Shown one piece after another: positions 51,811-62,292 of a stretch of 64,000 bases of DNA (within the stretch, counting starts at the first letter, position 1; every line of letters starts with the position of its first letter). This DNA is from a phage. The stretch is from assembly GCA_023802575.1 (NCBI GenBank), contig GCA_023802575.1_3947.1. One strand, 5' to 3'. A program made the translations under genes and the position numbers. Below the pieces are notes generated by a model. That model searched no databases, had not been told where the DNA came from, and worked only from the letters and a program-made list of their open reading frames with translations.

Positions 51811-52611
51811 TTAGTGCAGTTGGTCAGCAGACTCTTTTTCAGCCATAGCTGAGATTTGCTTCACAAAATCATCACCGAAGTTAATGCGTAGCTTCTCTTC
51901 AATGATTGAAGCACCAATATTCACCAGAACATCATTGATTGCTTGCATACTAACGCCACCAGTCATTTCCTCAATGAACTCAATACTCACACCCATCATC
52001 TGTGACAGTTGGATTAGTGCAACGATATTCATCATCGTAGAGATAGCTGGAATCATCAGTGCAACTTTCACCTGAAGTGGTTCAATGTCAGATACAGAGT
52101 CATTTTCAACAGCTTCTTCCAAAGACTCTTTAGTTTGCTGGATAATCTCTTTGATTCGTGGGTTTAATTCTTCTACGCCCCAATCAAGTTTTTCATATCG
52201 TGAAAGTTTCTCTTCCATACGCTTCTCAAGAACAGCCATAACAGCACTCGTTGATGAGATAAGCGTATCAATAATGAAATCAGTGTCCTTAGTCAGCAAC
52301 AGTTCCTTATCTTCGTCTGACATCCTGATATAGTCATTCTTTTGCATTTCATAAAGAATGAACTCAGCAAGTGCATCAACACCAACCGCAATAGATGCCA
52401 GAGCAAGTGTAGTGTCTGTTAACATCATGTTGACCTGTTCTGCAAAAGCACCGTTATCAGACTTGTCTTCAGGCAAGTTATAGCTTGCAGGCATAAACTG
52501 CTCTGTGTAGTTGTTACCACGAAGAATCATAGCCATGCTTTCTACGGCATTGATTAAGAATGCTTCATCAACACCTTTCTCTTCAAGCATCTTTTCTACA
52601 TCGATATTCAT
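51811..52611 (-). CDS. hypothetical protein (266 aa)
   Basis: six-frame ORF. Confidence 0.55.
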   Translation of the reverse strand: MNIDVEKMLEEKGVDEAFLINAVESMAMILRGNNYTEQFMPASYNLPEDKSDNGAFAEQVNMMLTDTTLALASIAVGVDALAEFILYEMQKNDYIRMSDEDKELLLTKDTDFIIDTLISSTSAVMAVLEKRMEEKLSRYEKLDWGVEELNPRIKEIIQQTKESLEEAVENDSVSDIEPLQVKVALMIPAISTMMNIVALIQLSQMMGVSIEFIEEMTGGVSMQAINDVLVNIGASIIEEKLRINFGDDFVKQISAMAEKESADQLH

Positions 52612-52612
52612 A

Positions 52613-53035
52613 TTATTTCTCTCTCAGTTGGTTAAGTTTCTTTCTAGAACATTTTAAGTTTTCTGATGAAGAAAAGTCAAGTGTCTTTTCAGAACGTGGA
52701 TAGTAGTGTCTATCCCAAGAAGTTTCGACATCGTTAATCAGTGATGCTAGATTACACAGGTCTGTACCACTTTGCAACCTCTTTTTAAGAGAATCTAGTA
52801 AAGCAACTGTGTCTTTGGCTTTACGTCTAGCTGTAGCAACATCTTTCATATGCTCAAATACAGAGCATTTTAAGTCATCTTCATAGTTTTCAGACAACTC
52901 TATTTCATGTTGTATATCAACCATTCTCCTGTGATGGTGAGCATATTCCCGTTGAGCAGCAATGTCAAGTTCTTCCAACTTCTGCAAAGCTCTAACAAAG
53001 TCAGCTATGTCTGGGTGAACAAACATTTTCTGCAT
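52613..53035 (-). CDS. hypothetical protein (140 aa)
   Basis: six-frame ORF. Confidence 0.55.
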   Translation of the reverse strand: MQKMFVHPDIADFVRALQKLEELDIAAQREYAHHHRRMVDIQHEIELSENYEDDLKCSVFEHMKDVATARRKAKDTVALLDSLKKRLQSGTDLCNLASLINDVETSWDRHYYPRSEKTLDFSSSENLKCSRKKLNQLREK

Positions 53036-53209
53036 GTAAGCCTCTTTTAAGTAACTATTAAGTTTTAATCTTTTATCTTAACGTATTCTATACGTTATAC
53101 TTTAAAGCTTTTTAAAAGCTATTAAATAATCTTTTAAGAGTTTTAAAGTATCTGTATAGTTAAACTGTTAAGTAACCTTTTAAGTAAAAACCCACTTCGC
53201 AAAGATTAA

Positions 53210-53233
53210 CACCTTGTCAAGTACATTGTCAAC
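53210..53233. promoter_or_regulatory. 24-bp conserved motif CACCTTGTCAAGTACATTGTCAAC upstream of DNA polymerase gene
   Basis: 23/24 identical to 7365..7388; followed by TTGCTT..17 nt..TAATGT promoter-like spacing. Confidence 0.5.
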
Positions 53234-53292
53234 TTGCTTTTTATAATTTTTTGCAGTAATGTATGAGGTTAATGATTTTAGAGGGAGTAAAA

Positions 53293-55992
53293 ATGGAAAA
53301 CGTAGATTTTAAAAACTTACATTTAGTTGGTGATACAGAAACTGATGGTTTACTCCTTGAGTTCACTAAAGTGCACGTAATGGCTTTCGCAGACTATAAA
53401 TCTGACGATGAAGAGCCACCTGTATGGGTCTTTACAGATGAGCCTATCCTCGGTCACAAGTATACCAAGTACATTAAGGGCGGCTTACGTGAAGGTATTG
53501 AGTTTGCGTTAAAGGCAAAACGACTTTGCATCCACAATGGTCTAGGATATGACTGGTGGGTTTTCAATCACATTGCACCTGATTTGTGGAACTTTGATAA
53601 TCCAAAGTGTAAACCGTGGAGTAATTTCTTTCAGGATTCTCTTATCCAGTCTCGTGTTCAGTGGATGGATAGACCAACTCCAAAAGGCTATAAAGGTGCT
53701 CATGGCTTGGCTGCATGGGGTGCTCGTGTTGGTGTCCGTAAACCAGAGATTGAACATTGGGGTGTGTGGAATGCAGAAATCTTCACTCGTGTTGTAGAAG
53801 ATATCCGTATTAACGCCAAAACTAAACGTGCACTGGATAATGAATACCTGAAGCTTAAGAAGTGTGGTATAGACACTTATGAAACCTATATGCGAGCTAA
53901 AGAAACATCTTTCTGGATGAGTCAACAAGCTATCAATGGTTGGAAAGCTGATAAAGAGCTTATGGAGTTCCATGTAAAGGAACTTGACAAGTTGACTAAT
54001 GAGCTTGCTTCAGAGGTTGAACCACATCTACCTCCAACTATTAAGACCAAAGGTAAAGTCACTGGAGAAGAGTTTGCAAAAGCTTGGAATGAGTATGTTG
54101 AAGCATTTGGTCATGCAGATGGACTGAAAAGAATTACCAAGTACCCTAAGACGAAGTATCGTCAGCAGGTGCGTAATGGTGAGATGCAGACTTATGAAAT
54201 CAAACCATTTGGTAAGCCAACTACAAAGATTTTTAACATTGAAAAGAGAAATTGCTATACACCAACCAACTCTGTAACTGGTGAAGAGTACAAGGAAGGC
54301 TTTGTAGCAATGAAGGATGCTCGTGCAATTTGCAATGAGTTGAATGCAAAGATTGGTAAGAAATGCAAAGACTGGAAGCCAGTAAAAACAGTCAAAACTG
54401 TGAAGTACTATAACAGCCACGTTGTTAACCACTTTGAACTTGAGTCAAGTCGCTACACAGGATTGATTGATGCACCATATACACCAATTGAGTTTGAAGT
54501 TTCTCGTATGACTCAGGTAGCAGTTGTAAAAGACTACTTGAAATCAGTTGGTTGGATTCCAGATGACTGGAACTACAAGAAAGACTCAGACGGTCGCCCT
54601 GTCAAAGTTTGTCGTTTCAAAGACAATAAAAAGATGATTACAAAACATCCTAAGTGGCAGGAAATGGTTGAGCGGTGTGGTTTGAGCTATGTTGAACATG
54701 AAGGTGTACAGTACATTGAGCATAACTGGTCTGTGAAGAAGTACACAGATTTGCTTGAGCCTTGCTTAATCCGTACTTCACCAAAACTTACTGAATCATC
54801 TTATGATACGATTGAAGGTGAGCTTGGACAGAAGATTGCTAAGTACTATACTTTGATGCACCGACGCAGAACTATTGAGAACTCAAAGGATGATGAAAAA
54901 GGTTGGTTGAACCAGATTCGTCCTGATGGTCGCCTTAGTGCTGGTGCAATGGTGTTTGGTACTTCAACTGGACGTATGACACAATATGGTATTGTAAACG
55001 TACCGTCTGGTGCTGCTGTCTATGGGGAACCAATGAGGGCAGTGTGGATTTGTGAGGAAGGTACTAACGTTGTCTCTGTAGATATGAACTCAGCCCAGCT
55101 AGTTCTACTTTGTAACTTTATGGGTGATAAAGACTTCACCAAAGCGGTAACGCAAGGTAAAGAAGAAATTGAGTTCATTCGTCAAGAAGATGGACGCTAT
55201 TACTGCAAACACTTTGATGAGTACCTCAACCCAGAGATTGATAAGTACCTTCGCTATGACTCTGAGAATGACCTGTACGTTGTCTATTCAGGGACTGATG
55301 CACATACACTGAACAGTATTTACTTTAGCTTGAATGATGAGCAGGACATCTTGACTTGTCGAGCTACTCAGGATGAGAATCTTCTTCATGAGATTAGCAA
55401 AGGTCGTAAGAAAGCTAAGAATGGTATCTATGCACTGCTGTTCGGTGCAGGTGATGAGAAGTTTGCTAAGACGATTAAAGCTGCGACTACTCAGGAAGGT
55501 GCGCTGACTAAACAGACTTACTTTATACGTTTGCCTAAAATTAAGAAGCTGTTAGATGACTTGGAAGCTGACTACAAAGCAACTAAAAAGGCACTTGAAG
55601 AGGTGTTTGGTAAGACTGCTGCAATCTCTAAAGGGGGTTTTGTAAAGGTTGCTGGAGCTTGGTTGTGGTGTAAATCTCCGCATAAGCTATTGAATTATTT
55701 GCTCATGGGTTCAGAGGCTCAGATTCAAAATGAGGCAATTAACCTTGCTTGCCGTCGTATGATTGACGAAGGCTTAATGAAGTTAAATGGGCGTAAACCA
55801 GCTATTGGTGCTCGTTTACTCTGCGCATATCACGACGAGACGAGTTGGGAATGTCCAGAAAGTATGACGGCAGAAGTGAAAGCAGTTACTGACTGGTATT
55901 ATGGACAAGCTTCTAAGAACTTAGGTCTTAAGAAAGAAACGCTTGTTACAGGTACTGGTAAGGTTGGTAAAAGCTGGCTTGAGGTTCACTAA
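53293..55992 (+). CDS. DNA polymerase, family A (Pol I-like) with 3'-5' exonuclease domain
   Basis: Exo I DTETDGL; motif B-like KKAKNGIYALLFGAG; motif C HDE (AYHDETSW); start set to ATG 53293 after AGAGGGAG. Confidence 0.9.
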   Translation: MENVDFKNLHLVGDTETDGLLLEFTKVHVMAFADYKSDDEEPPVWVFTDEPILGHKYTKYIKGGLREGIEFALKAKRLCIHNGLGYDWWVFNHIAPDLWNFDNPKCKPWSNFFQDSLIQSRVQWMDRPTPKGYKGAHGLAAWGARVGVRKPEIEHWGVWNAEIFTRVVEDIRINAKTKRALDNEYLKLKKCGIDTYETYMRAKETSFWMSQQAINGWKADKELMEFHVKELDKLTNELASEVEPHLPPTIKTKGKVTGEEFAKAWNEYVEAFGHADGLKRITKYPKTKYRQQVRNGEMQTYEIKPFGKPTTKIFNIEKRNCYTPTNSVTGEEYKEGFVAMKDARAICNELNAKIGKKCKDWKPVKTVKTVKYYNSHVVNHFELESSRYTGLIDAPYTPIEFEVSRMTQVAVVKDYLKSVGWIPDDWNYKKDSDGRPVKVCRFKDNKKMITKHPKWQEMVERCGLSYVEHEGVQYIEHNWSVKKYTDLLEPCLIRTSPKLTESSYDTIEGELGQKIAKYYTLMHRRRTIENSKDDEKGWLNQIRPDGRLSAGAMVFGTSTGRMTQYGIVNVPSGAAVYGEPMRAVWICEEGTNVVSVDMNSAQLVLLCNFMGDKDFTKAVTQGKEEIEFIRQEDGRYYCKHFDEYLNPEIDKYLRYDSENDLYVVYSGTDAHTLNSIYFSLNDEQDILTCRATQDENLLHEISKGRKKAKNGIYALLFGAGDEKFAKTIKAATTQEGALTKQTYFIRLPKIKKLLDDLEADYKATKKALEEVFGKTAAISKGGFVKVAGAWLWCKSPHKLLNYLLMGSEAQIQNEAINLACRRMIDEGLMKLNGRKPAIGARLLCAYHDETSWECPESMTAEVKAVTDWYYGQASKNLGLKKETLVTGTGKVGKSWLEVH

Positions 55993-56053
55993 TTAGTGTT
56001 GACAAGGTGCTCATGGAAGAGTACCTTATACTATATCTTATATAGGAGGGCTT

Positions 56054-56263
56054 ATGAGCCATCGTGGAAGAACCCATGCAGCGATGATGAAAGGTGCTTC
56101 AAAGGAAACTATCAAAAATCGTAAGCAGAAGTTGTTTGAGAGAATGAACAGGCTAATTGATAATACTTCCCTGTCTGGTGGTGAGAAAGTTTTCCTTAAA
56201 AGTAACCTTAAAAGCATTGCACAAGAACTTGTAGATATTGAATATTGGAGACATCAAAAATGA
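56054..56263 (+). CDS. hypothetical protein (69 aa)
   Basis: six-frame ORF; GGAGGG SD. Confidence 0.5.
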   Translation: MSHRGRTHAAMMKGASKETIKNRKQKLFERMNRLIDNTSLSGGEKVFLKSNLKSIAQELVDIEYWRHQK

Positions 56264-56478
56264 CACTTGCAGACGTTATTCAGCAACTTCATGATAACTG
56301 CTACACTCCAGAGCTGATTCAGGAGATGTGCATTGTAGTCATGCCTAGTAGGTTCGTAAAAACCTTTAACAGCGACACTTTAAGGTCTGCACACATTCTT
56401 ATTGTTGAAGGCAAGATTGCAAAAGACCGTACTGGAGTACTCAAAGGTGAGCGTATTGATATTCTGGAGTTGCTATGA
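56260..56478 (+). CDS. hypothetical protein (~72 aa)
   Basis: ORF 56245..56478 trimmed to ATGA-coupled start. Confidence 0.45.
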   Translation: MTLADVIQQLHDNCYTPELIQEMCIVVMPSRFVKTFNSDTLRSAHILIVEGKIAKDRTGVLKGERIDILELL

Positions 56479-56621
56479 AGAGAATGTACAGTCTCTGGGG
56501 AAGGGTTGGTAAAGGTTTTGACTGGACACTTATTCGTTCAAACGTTAAACGTAGTGAATTACCAGAACTCATCACTCACTATTTAAAAACATACAGAGAG
56601 GTAGACTATCGTGAACAATAA
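56475..56621 (+). CDS. small protein (48 aa; below ORF-track cutoff)
   Basis: manual translation MKRMYSLWGRVGKG...; ATGA coupling. Confidence 0.3.
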   Translation: MKRMYSLWGRVGKGFDWTLIRSNVKRSELPELITHYLKTYREVDYREQ

Positions 56622-56877
56622 GGTTAAGAGTTGTGTGAAAGTAATGGTTGCACTTGGAGTAATTTTTCTGGCTGGCTGTAACCCATCTTATGAAAACAAA
56701 GATGCCTCTTACAGCCTCCCTCCAGAGATGCAAGACTGCAAAATCTACAAACTCAATGGTGATGCTATAAGCAGGGATATTGTTGTTGTCAGATGCCCCA
56801 ACTCTCAAACAACAACATCTTATAGATATGGCAAAAATGGTCAATCTCACACTACTGTTATTGATGGAGGGTACTGA
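56611..56877 (+). CDS. lipoprotein candidate (88 aa), GTG start
   Basis: signal peptide with lipobox FLAGC; GAGAGG SD before GTG. Confidence 0.45.
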   Translation: MNNKVKSCVKVMVALGVIFLAGCNPSYENKDASYSLPPEMQDCKIYKLNGDAISRDIVVVRCPNSQTTTSYRYGKNGQSHTTVIDGGY

Positions 56878-56878
56878 T

Positions 56879-57085
56879 ATGCAAATTCTAGTCAACTATA
56901 TCTATTGCTACGATGTTGTTTATTCCACTGCAACCGTGGCTCAACAAAACCCAATAGTACCACGAGAGGGTGAACGGGTTAGTATTGATGGTTGGACTTA
57001 CACTGTGGAGAGTATTACTCACAAGTTTGATGTTGCTGTCGGTGTTCAGGTTATCGACGTGGAAATTGGTGGTAAGAGAAAATGA
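56879..57085 (+). CDS. hypothetical protein (~68 aa)
   Basis: ORF 56780..57085 trimmed to ATG after GGAGGG. Confidence 0.45.
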   Translation: MQILVNYIYCYDVVYSTATVAQQNPIVPREGERVSIDGWTYTVESITHKFDVAVGVQVIDVEIGGKRK

Positions 57086-57273
57086 GCAAAGAAGATAACC
57101 GTGAAAATGCTGTACGAACTCCTGATGGAAAGGTTCAATCCTTCATCCTGACAGTTGGTGGAAAGCCGTTTCGTTGCCACTGTGGAGCAAACTGTTTTCA
57201 TAAACCAGATAAAAATGACTTAGAGCTTTACGCATGTAATGCTTGCAATACTTGGTATCACTCAGAGGAATAA
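57082..57273 (+). CDS. small zinc-ribbon protein (63 aa)
   Basis: CHCGANC...CNACNTW cysteine pairs. Confidence 0.45.
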   Translation: MSKEDNRENAVRTPDGKVQSFILTVGGKPFRCHCGANCFHKPDKNDLELYACNACNTWYHSEE

Positions 57274-57274
57274 A

Positions 57275-58378
57275 ATGACAATACTGTACAAACAAAATAA
57301 AGATGGCTCTTTCAATGTCTGGTCATGTGTTGCTGTAGGTGACAAAGTTATTACAACCTATGGTAAAGAAAATGGTAAGATGATGTTTGAAGAGTACACA
57401 GCAGAGCCTAAAAACATCGGTAAAAAGAATGAGCGTAACGCTGAACAGCAAGCTCTCTTTGAAGTTTCTGCTAAGTACAAGAAACAAGTTGACCGCAAAG
57501 GTTATGCTTACACAAAAGAGTCTGCACAGAATACTGAGAAGGTAGGTGTACAGCTTGCTCATGATGCTGCAAAGGTTAGTCATGCAAAGTATCTGAAGTT
57601 CCCTGCTGATGCTCAACCAAAACTTGATGGTGTCCGTTGTAGAATTTCAAGACACTTAAGCATTGGTAGCGTATTTACAGCATACTCTCGTGAGAATACT
57701 GTTTATAAAATCCCTACTGAACTAATACCTGACATTATGACAATGTTAAGGCTCCACAAAGATGTTGATGAATTTGATGGAGAGATTTATGCTCATGGGT
57801 GGGACTTAGAAGATATCGTCTCTATGATTAAAAATGAAGACAATCCTGACAGACACTTACTTAAGTTTTACTGGTATGATATCTGTGACAGTACTAAGAC
57901 GTGGCCTGAGCGTAGAGATATTATTGAGACTTCACCATTGAATGACTTTAGAGATGGCTGTAAAGTTGTCCCTGTTAAGTCTCGTCGTGTAAATTCTTGG
58001 GAAGCGTTTGACGAAGCCCATGATAAGTGGGTTGAAGCTAAGTTTGAAGGTGCAATGTACCGTTCAATTGCTGAAGACTCCTTCTATGAGTGTGGTCACC
58101 GTTCATACTTCTTGATTAAGCACAAGAAGATGCACACTGAAGAGTTTAAAGTGACTGGTGTAAAGACCGATAAGCGTGGTCATGGTAAGTTCGTTGTAGA
58201 GACTCTTCCTAACGTCTTTGTAGATGTTTCATGGAAAACTACACACGAGAAGAAACAGTATCTTGCTGAACATCCTGAAGAGTTTATCGGGAAGCCTTTA
58301 ACTGTTCAGTTCCAGAAGATGACTCGTAAGGGTTCTTTACAGTTTCCTGTAGGGCTAGTTATTAGGGATTATGAATAA
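57275..58378 (+). CDS. ATP-dependent DNA ligase
   Basis: KxDG adenylation motif KLDGVRC; ~367 aa; start set after AGAGGA. Confidence 0.8.
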   Translation: MTILYKQNKDGSFNVWSCVAVGDKVITTYGKENGKMMFEEYTAEPKNIGKKNERNAEQQALFEVSAKYKKQVDRKGYAYTKESAQNTEKVGVQLAHDAAKVSHAKYLKFPADAQPKLDGVRCRISRHLSIGSVFTAYSRENTVYKIPTELIPDIMTMLRLHKDVDEFDGEIYAHGWDLEDIVSMIKNEDNPDRHLLKFYWYDICDSTKTWPERRDIIETSPLNDFRDGCKVVPVKSRRVNSWEAFDEAHDKWVEAKFEGAMYRSIAEDSFYECGHRSYFLIKHKKMHTEEFKVTGVKTDKRGHGKFVVETLPNVFVDVSWKTTHEKKQYLAEHPEEFIGKPLTVQFQKMTRKGSLQFPVGLVIRDYE

Positions 58379-58381
58379 ACT

Positions 58382-58528
58382 ATGTTCAGTACAGTCATTC
58401 TGTTTATACTGGTTGTCTTTGTATTGTCATACGTTGCAAGTAAGCTTTTGGACACATCTTTTGCAATGGGTGTCTTGTTTACAATCTTTTGTTTCGTGAC
58501 ACATATAGCTATCAGAACTTTTTTATAA
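58382..58528 (+). CDS. small membrane protein (48 aa; below ORF-track cutoff)
   Basis: manual translation MFSTVILFILVVFVLSYVA...; two hydrophobic helices. Confidence 0.3.
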   Translation: MFSTVILFILVVFVLSYVASKLLDTSFAMGVLFTIFCFVTHIAIRTFL

Positions 58529-58597
58529 AAAGTTGTTGACATAGAAAATTTGGTGAGTATACTGAGCAGCATAAACCAACGGGTACTCACCAGCATC

Positions 58598-58748
58598 ACT
58601 TAAGAGTCTTCTAAGAGGGTTTTTAAGTGATGTCCGGTAGGGTGAGGTCGGGTTAAGTATTGTCCGGTACGGTAGGGTAAAGTACGGTACGGTAAGGCAA
58701 AGTAGGGTATGGGTAGTTAGTCTCAGCTACATTAAAATGAGACTTACC
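58598..58748. repeat. GT-pentamer repeat module M1: leader, ~16 x GGTNN-type pentamers, terminal hairpin
   Basis: CTTAAGAGTCTTCTAAGAGGGTTTTTAAGTG leader; GTCCG GTAGG GTGAG...; hairpin AGTCTCAGCTACATTAAAATGAGACT. Confidence 0.65.
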
Positions 58749-58749
58749 T

Positions 58750-58880
58750 TTTTAAAAGGTCTTTAAGAGGGTCTTTTAATGAGGTTTCGCTAGGTAGGGT
58801 AGTGTCCGGTTGGGTCTGGTAAGGTCAGGTTAGGTAAAGTGAGGTAAGGGTGGATGGTAGTAGCCACGTTAAAAATCTAC
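58750..58880. repeat. GT-pentamer repeat module M2
   Basis: TTTTAAAAGGTCTTTAAGAGGGTCTTTTAATG leader; GGTNN-rich tract; hairpin GGTAGTAGCCACGTTAAAAATCTACC. Confidence 0.65.
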
Positions 58881-58939
58881 CAAGTTTCTAAAGAGTCTTC
58901 TGTTGAGGGTTCTTTACAAACAACTTAACAACAAACTAA

Positions 58940-59545
<606 letters not shown>

Positions 59546-59547
59546 TT

Positions 59548-59988
59548 ATGAATACAAAAGCATTAGCAGCAAAGTTTAGTTACGGTGACACTGTATCACA
59601 CTCTGAGATGGACACCTTCTTAGGTATTGTGAAGCCAACTTATCAAGGTGACATTGTTAAGTACGAAGATGAAATGAAGGCTTATGCGCTTACACGTCTA
59701 AACCGACTTGAGAAGTTTATTGAGAAGCTTCTTAAAGAAGAGAAGATTTATCTGGTTGCTTCAATGGGTGTTGGTTATCGTGTGGTTGAACCTAAGCATC
59801 AAGCAACTATTGCAAAACGTAAAATGTCTGGTAAGATTGGTCGCGCTTTAAAGCAAGCCACTCAAGCGATTGAGAATGTGAACACTATGGCACTTAGCCA
59901 TCAAGAACGCTCACGACTGATTGAACAGCAAAACCATTTAGCTGCTATGAAAGCTAACATTAACAAGCAACGTAGAAAACCTTTCTAA
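59548..59988 (+). CDS. hypothetical protein (146 aa)
   Basis: six-frame ORF; followed by terminator. Confidence 0.55.
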   Translation: MNTKALAAKFSYGDTVSHSEMDTFLGIVKPTYQGDIVKYEDEMKAYALTRLNRLEKFIEKLLKEEKIYLVASMGVGYRVVEPKHQATIAKRKMSGKIGRALKQATQAIENVNTMALSHQERSRLIEQQNHLAAMKANINKQRRKPF

Positions 59989-59999
59989 GTTGACTAGGT

Positions 60000-60022
60000 A
60001 GCCTCTTCGGAGGCTCCTTTTT
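60000..60022 (+). terminator. intrinsic terminator
   Basis: AGCCTC-TTCG-GAGGCT then CCTTTTT. Confidence 0.65.
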
Positions 60023-60160
60023 AAAAGGTCTTTAAGAGGGTCTTTTAATGAGGTTTGGTATGGTCAGGTATGGTCAGGTATGGTGTGGTGTTGTAAGGTT
60101 TGGTGCGGTCAGGTTAGGCTTGGTATGGGTAGTTAATCGGAGCTACATAAAAATCCGATT
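60018..60160. repeat. GT-pentamer repeat module M3
   Basis: same leader as M2; GGTAT GGTCA GGTAT GGTCA GGTAT GGTGT...; hairpin with CATAAAAATCCG loop region. Confidence 0.65.
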
Positions 60161-60164
60161 ACAT

Positions 60165-60300
60165 CACTTAAGAGTCTTCTAAGAGGGTTTTTAAGTGGTG
60201 TTTGGTAGGATAGAGTAAGGTAAGTTAAGGTAGGGTGAGGTCTGGTATGGTAAGGTAATGTATGGGTAGTTAGTCTCAGCTACATTAAAATGAGACTCAC
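60165..60300. repeat. GT-pentamer repeat module M4
   Basis: same leader as M1; GGTNN tract; hairpin AGTCTCAGCTACATTAAAATGAGACT. Confidence 0.65.
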
Positions 60301-60302
60301 AT

Positions 60303-60420
60303 CACTTAAGAGTCTTTAAAAAGGGTTTTTAAGTGTTGTGAGGTGATGTAAGGTCGGGTATGGCTATATCTTGTATGGTTTGGTATGGAAGGATGGCAGT
60401 AGCCTTATAAAAAATCTGCC
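60303..60420. repeat. GT-pentamer repeat module M5 (shorter)
   Basis: related leader; GGTNN tract; hairpin GGCAGTAGCCTTATAAAAAATCTGCC. Confidence 0.55.
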
Positions 60421-60512
60421 AAATAAGCTATAAAATCTGTTGACAGTTCAGGTGTTATAGCTTATTTTTATACTCAACGTCATACAAAATTTAATATAAC
60501 TTTGAGGTGTTT

Positions 60513-60896
60513 ATGAAAAAGATTTTATTAGCTGCTGCAATGGTTATGGCAATGAGCTTACCAGTTAATGCAACAGAACTGCCAAATGTGAACTTATCAG
60601 GTGTCCCAGAGGATACTTGCCAGATTGTAAAAGGTGTTGCTCTAGCTAATGGTGAGCTACTTAAACCAATCTCTGAAGAGTCTTTGACAGAGATGACTGA
60701 TAAGGTGACTGACTATCAATATCGCGTTCTTGCAGAGTATTTCCTGCAATCTGCAAACATTAAAGAGAAGCACCCTGATGATATTGATGTACAGGCTATG
60801 CTCAATCATCGTATTCAGTTTAAAGAAGATTTGATGCAAAAAGCTATGTATGGTGTTGAGTATTTCTTAGAAAACAGAAGCTGCACAGGTATTTGA
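60513..60896 (+). CDS. secreted/periplasmic protein candidate with signal peptide (~127 aa)
   Basis: signal peptide MKKILLAAAMVMAMSLPVNA; start at ATG after GAGG. Confidence 0.55.
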   Translation: MKKILLAAAMVMAMSLPVNATELPNVNLSGVPEDTCQIVKGVALANGELLKPISEESLTEMTDKVTDYQYRVLAEYFLQSANIKEKHPDDIDVQAMLNHRIQFKEDLMQKAMYGVEYFLENRSCTGI

Positions 60897-60897
60897 T

Positions 60898-61110
60898 ATG
60901 GCTCTTAAAAAGTTACATCCCAGAAGCGGTTATGGTAAGATAATTGATGATACAGACGGCTTTACAGTCTTTACAGTTATCTGTCAAGATGATTCACAGA
61001 TTGAAAAGACTCTTGACGATTATCTTAACGATGAACGTGAAAAGGTTAGGGCTACAAACATAGATTCATTGATTGACACTTCACGCAAACGGAAGAAGAA
61101 AGATGAATGA
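60898..61110 (+). CDS. hypothetical protein (70 aa)
   Basis: six-frame ORF. Confidence 0.45.
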   Translation: MALKKLHPRSGYGKIIDDTDGFTVFTVICQDDSQIEKTLDDYLNDEREKVRATNIDSLIDTSRKRKKKDE

Positions 61111-61402
61111 GACTTTTGACCCTTATGCTCCACAAGATGATTGGGAGGCTGACAGAGAGGCTGAAATGGAGAGTTATATTTGTCCAATGGATGTAGACGA
61201 AATGAGAGATTTCGTTGCACATCGTTTTAAGAGAGAGATTAAATCCAGAGGTCTTTCTCAAGAGCAAGTTGCTAAAATTTGTGGTATCTCTCAGGCTCGT
61301 GTATCCAACATAATCAATCTCACTGGTAATGTCTCTCTTGAGTTTATGTTGGAAGTATGCGAAAAATTTGGTGTTAATTTTAATTTAAGGCTGGCAGATT
61401 AA
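61103..61402 (+). CDS. hypothetical protein (~99 aa), possible helix-turn-helix
   Basis: ORF 61073..61402 trimmed; segment QEQVAKICGISQARVSNIIN is HTH-like. Confidence 0.4.
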   Translation: MNETFDPYAPQDDWEADREAEMESYICPMDVDEMRDFVAHRFKREIKSRGLSQEQVAKICGISQARVSNIINLTGNVSLEFMLEVCEKFGVNFNLRLAD

Positions 61403-61403
61403 T

Positions 61404-61763
61404 ATGAAACGTGAAAACATTATCCACTCTGAAAACTTCGCATTAGGTTTTTATGGTGTGCCTACTCACCTTGAAAAGTATTATGGTGTAAAGATTCTTT
61501 CCAATCTCATTATGGCTTACAAAGATGGTAAGATTAAGCATACTGAGAAGAAACGTGTCATGGGTTATATGGCTGTAGGTTCAGCAATCTCAAACATTAA
61601 GCTGGAAACAACTAGCAGTCAGGTTGTGAAAGACCACTTCATCAAAGAACTTTACCACAATCTTGATGGTGTAGATGTTCAGGCTGTTTGGCTGGATGTT
61701 GACGGTCACAACTACACAAGCTTCGTTTTCAAAAACGATGACATTAAATGTTTGTTCCCATAA
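61404..61763 (+). CDS. hypothetical protein (119 aa)
   Basis: six-frame ORF. Confidence 0.5.
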   Translation: MKRENIIHSENFALGFYGVPTHLEKYYGVKILSNLIMAYKDGKIKHTEKKRVMGYMAVGSAISNIKLETTSSQVVKDHFIKELYHNLDGVDVQAVWLDVDGHNYTSFVFKNDDIKCLFP

Positions 61764-61776
61764 TAGGTGATTAACT

Positions 61777-62292
61777 ATGATTGATATCTACTTACAAGAT
61801 GCTCATGCAGATTTCCTTAAAGAGATGCTTAAAAAGTTTATGGCTTCACAGTATGAGAATGAAGCATCTTTTAAAATAGTCACATGTGGTGATGAAGCTG
61901 GTTTTGTTGAGATTGAACATGAAGGTACTGGAAAGATTGTTTGTAAGCTACCTGATAGCATGTTCTCTAGCACATTCTTAACAAAGACTAGTATAAACGT
62001 TAAGCTTGTACCTCAGATTGAAACATACTCTGGTACAGATTACCCTAAAGGCTTTAAGTCACTGATGAAGTACTTCTTAGATGACTTTGTGAGTAATCTT
62101 CTGCGAGAGGTAAAAGAAAGTCGTACAGTGTTGACTGTAGAGAATATGGGAGGCACTATTAGGGTTACTTCTGACTGCTTTGTTATGAGCCTCTTCGACT
62201 TCGTTCCTAAGAACTTTGATGGTATTCTGGATGAAGAGGATGACTGTGTAGACTTTATATTGGTTCTTGAGCCAGTTTTTGAGGTTAAATAG
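61777..62292 (+). CDS. hypothetical protein (171 aa)
   Basis: six-frame ORF. Confidence 0.5.
   Translation: MIDIYLQDAHADFLKEMLKKFMASQYENEASFKIVTCGDEAGFVEIEHEGTGKIVCKLPDSMFSSTFLTKTSINVKLVPQIETYSGTDYPKGFKSLMKYFLDDFVSNLLREVKESRTVLTVENMGGTIRVTSDCFVMSLFDFVPKNFDGILDEEDDCVDFILVLEPVFEVK

Noticed and set aside
53542-54432. Minus-strand ORFs 53542..53973 and 54028..54432 inside the DNA polymerase gene
   Set aside because: Antisense to a motif-supported family A polymerase; no RBS or recognisable domain.
58369-58599. ORF 58369..58599 (-) after the ligase gene
   Set aside because: A co-oriented plus-strand 48-aa two-helix membrane ORF (58382..58528) immediately following the ligase stop explains the same interval better than an antisense ORF with no RBS.
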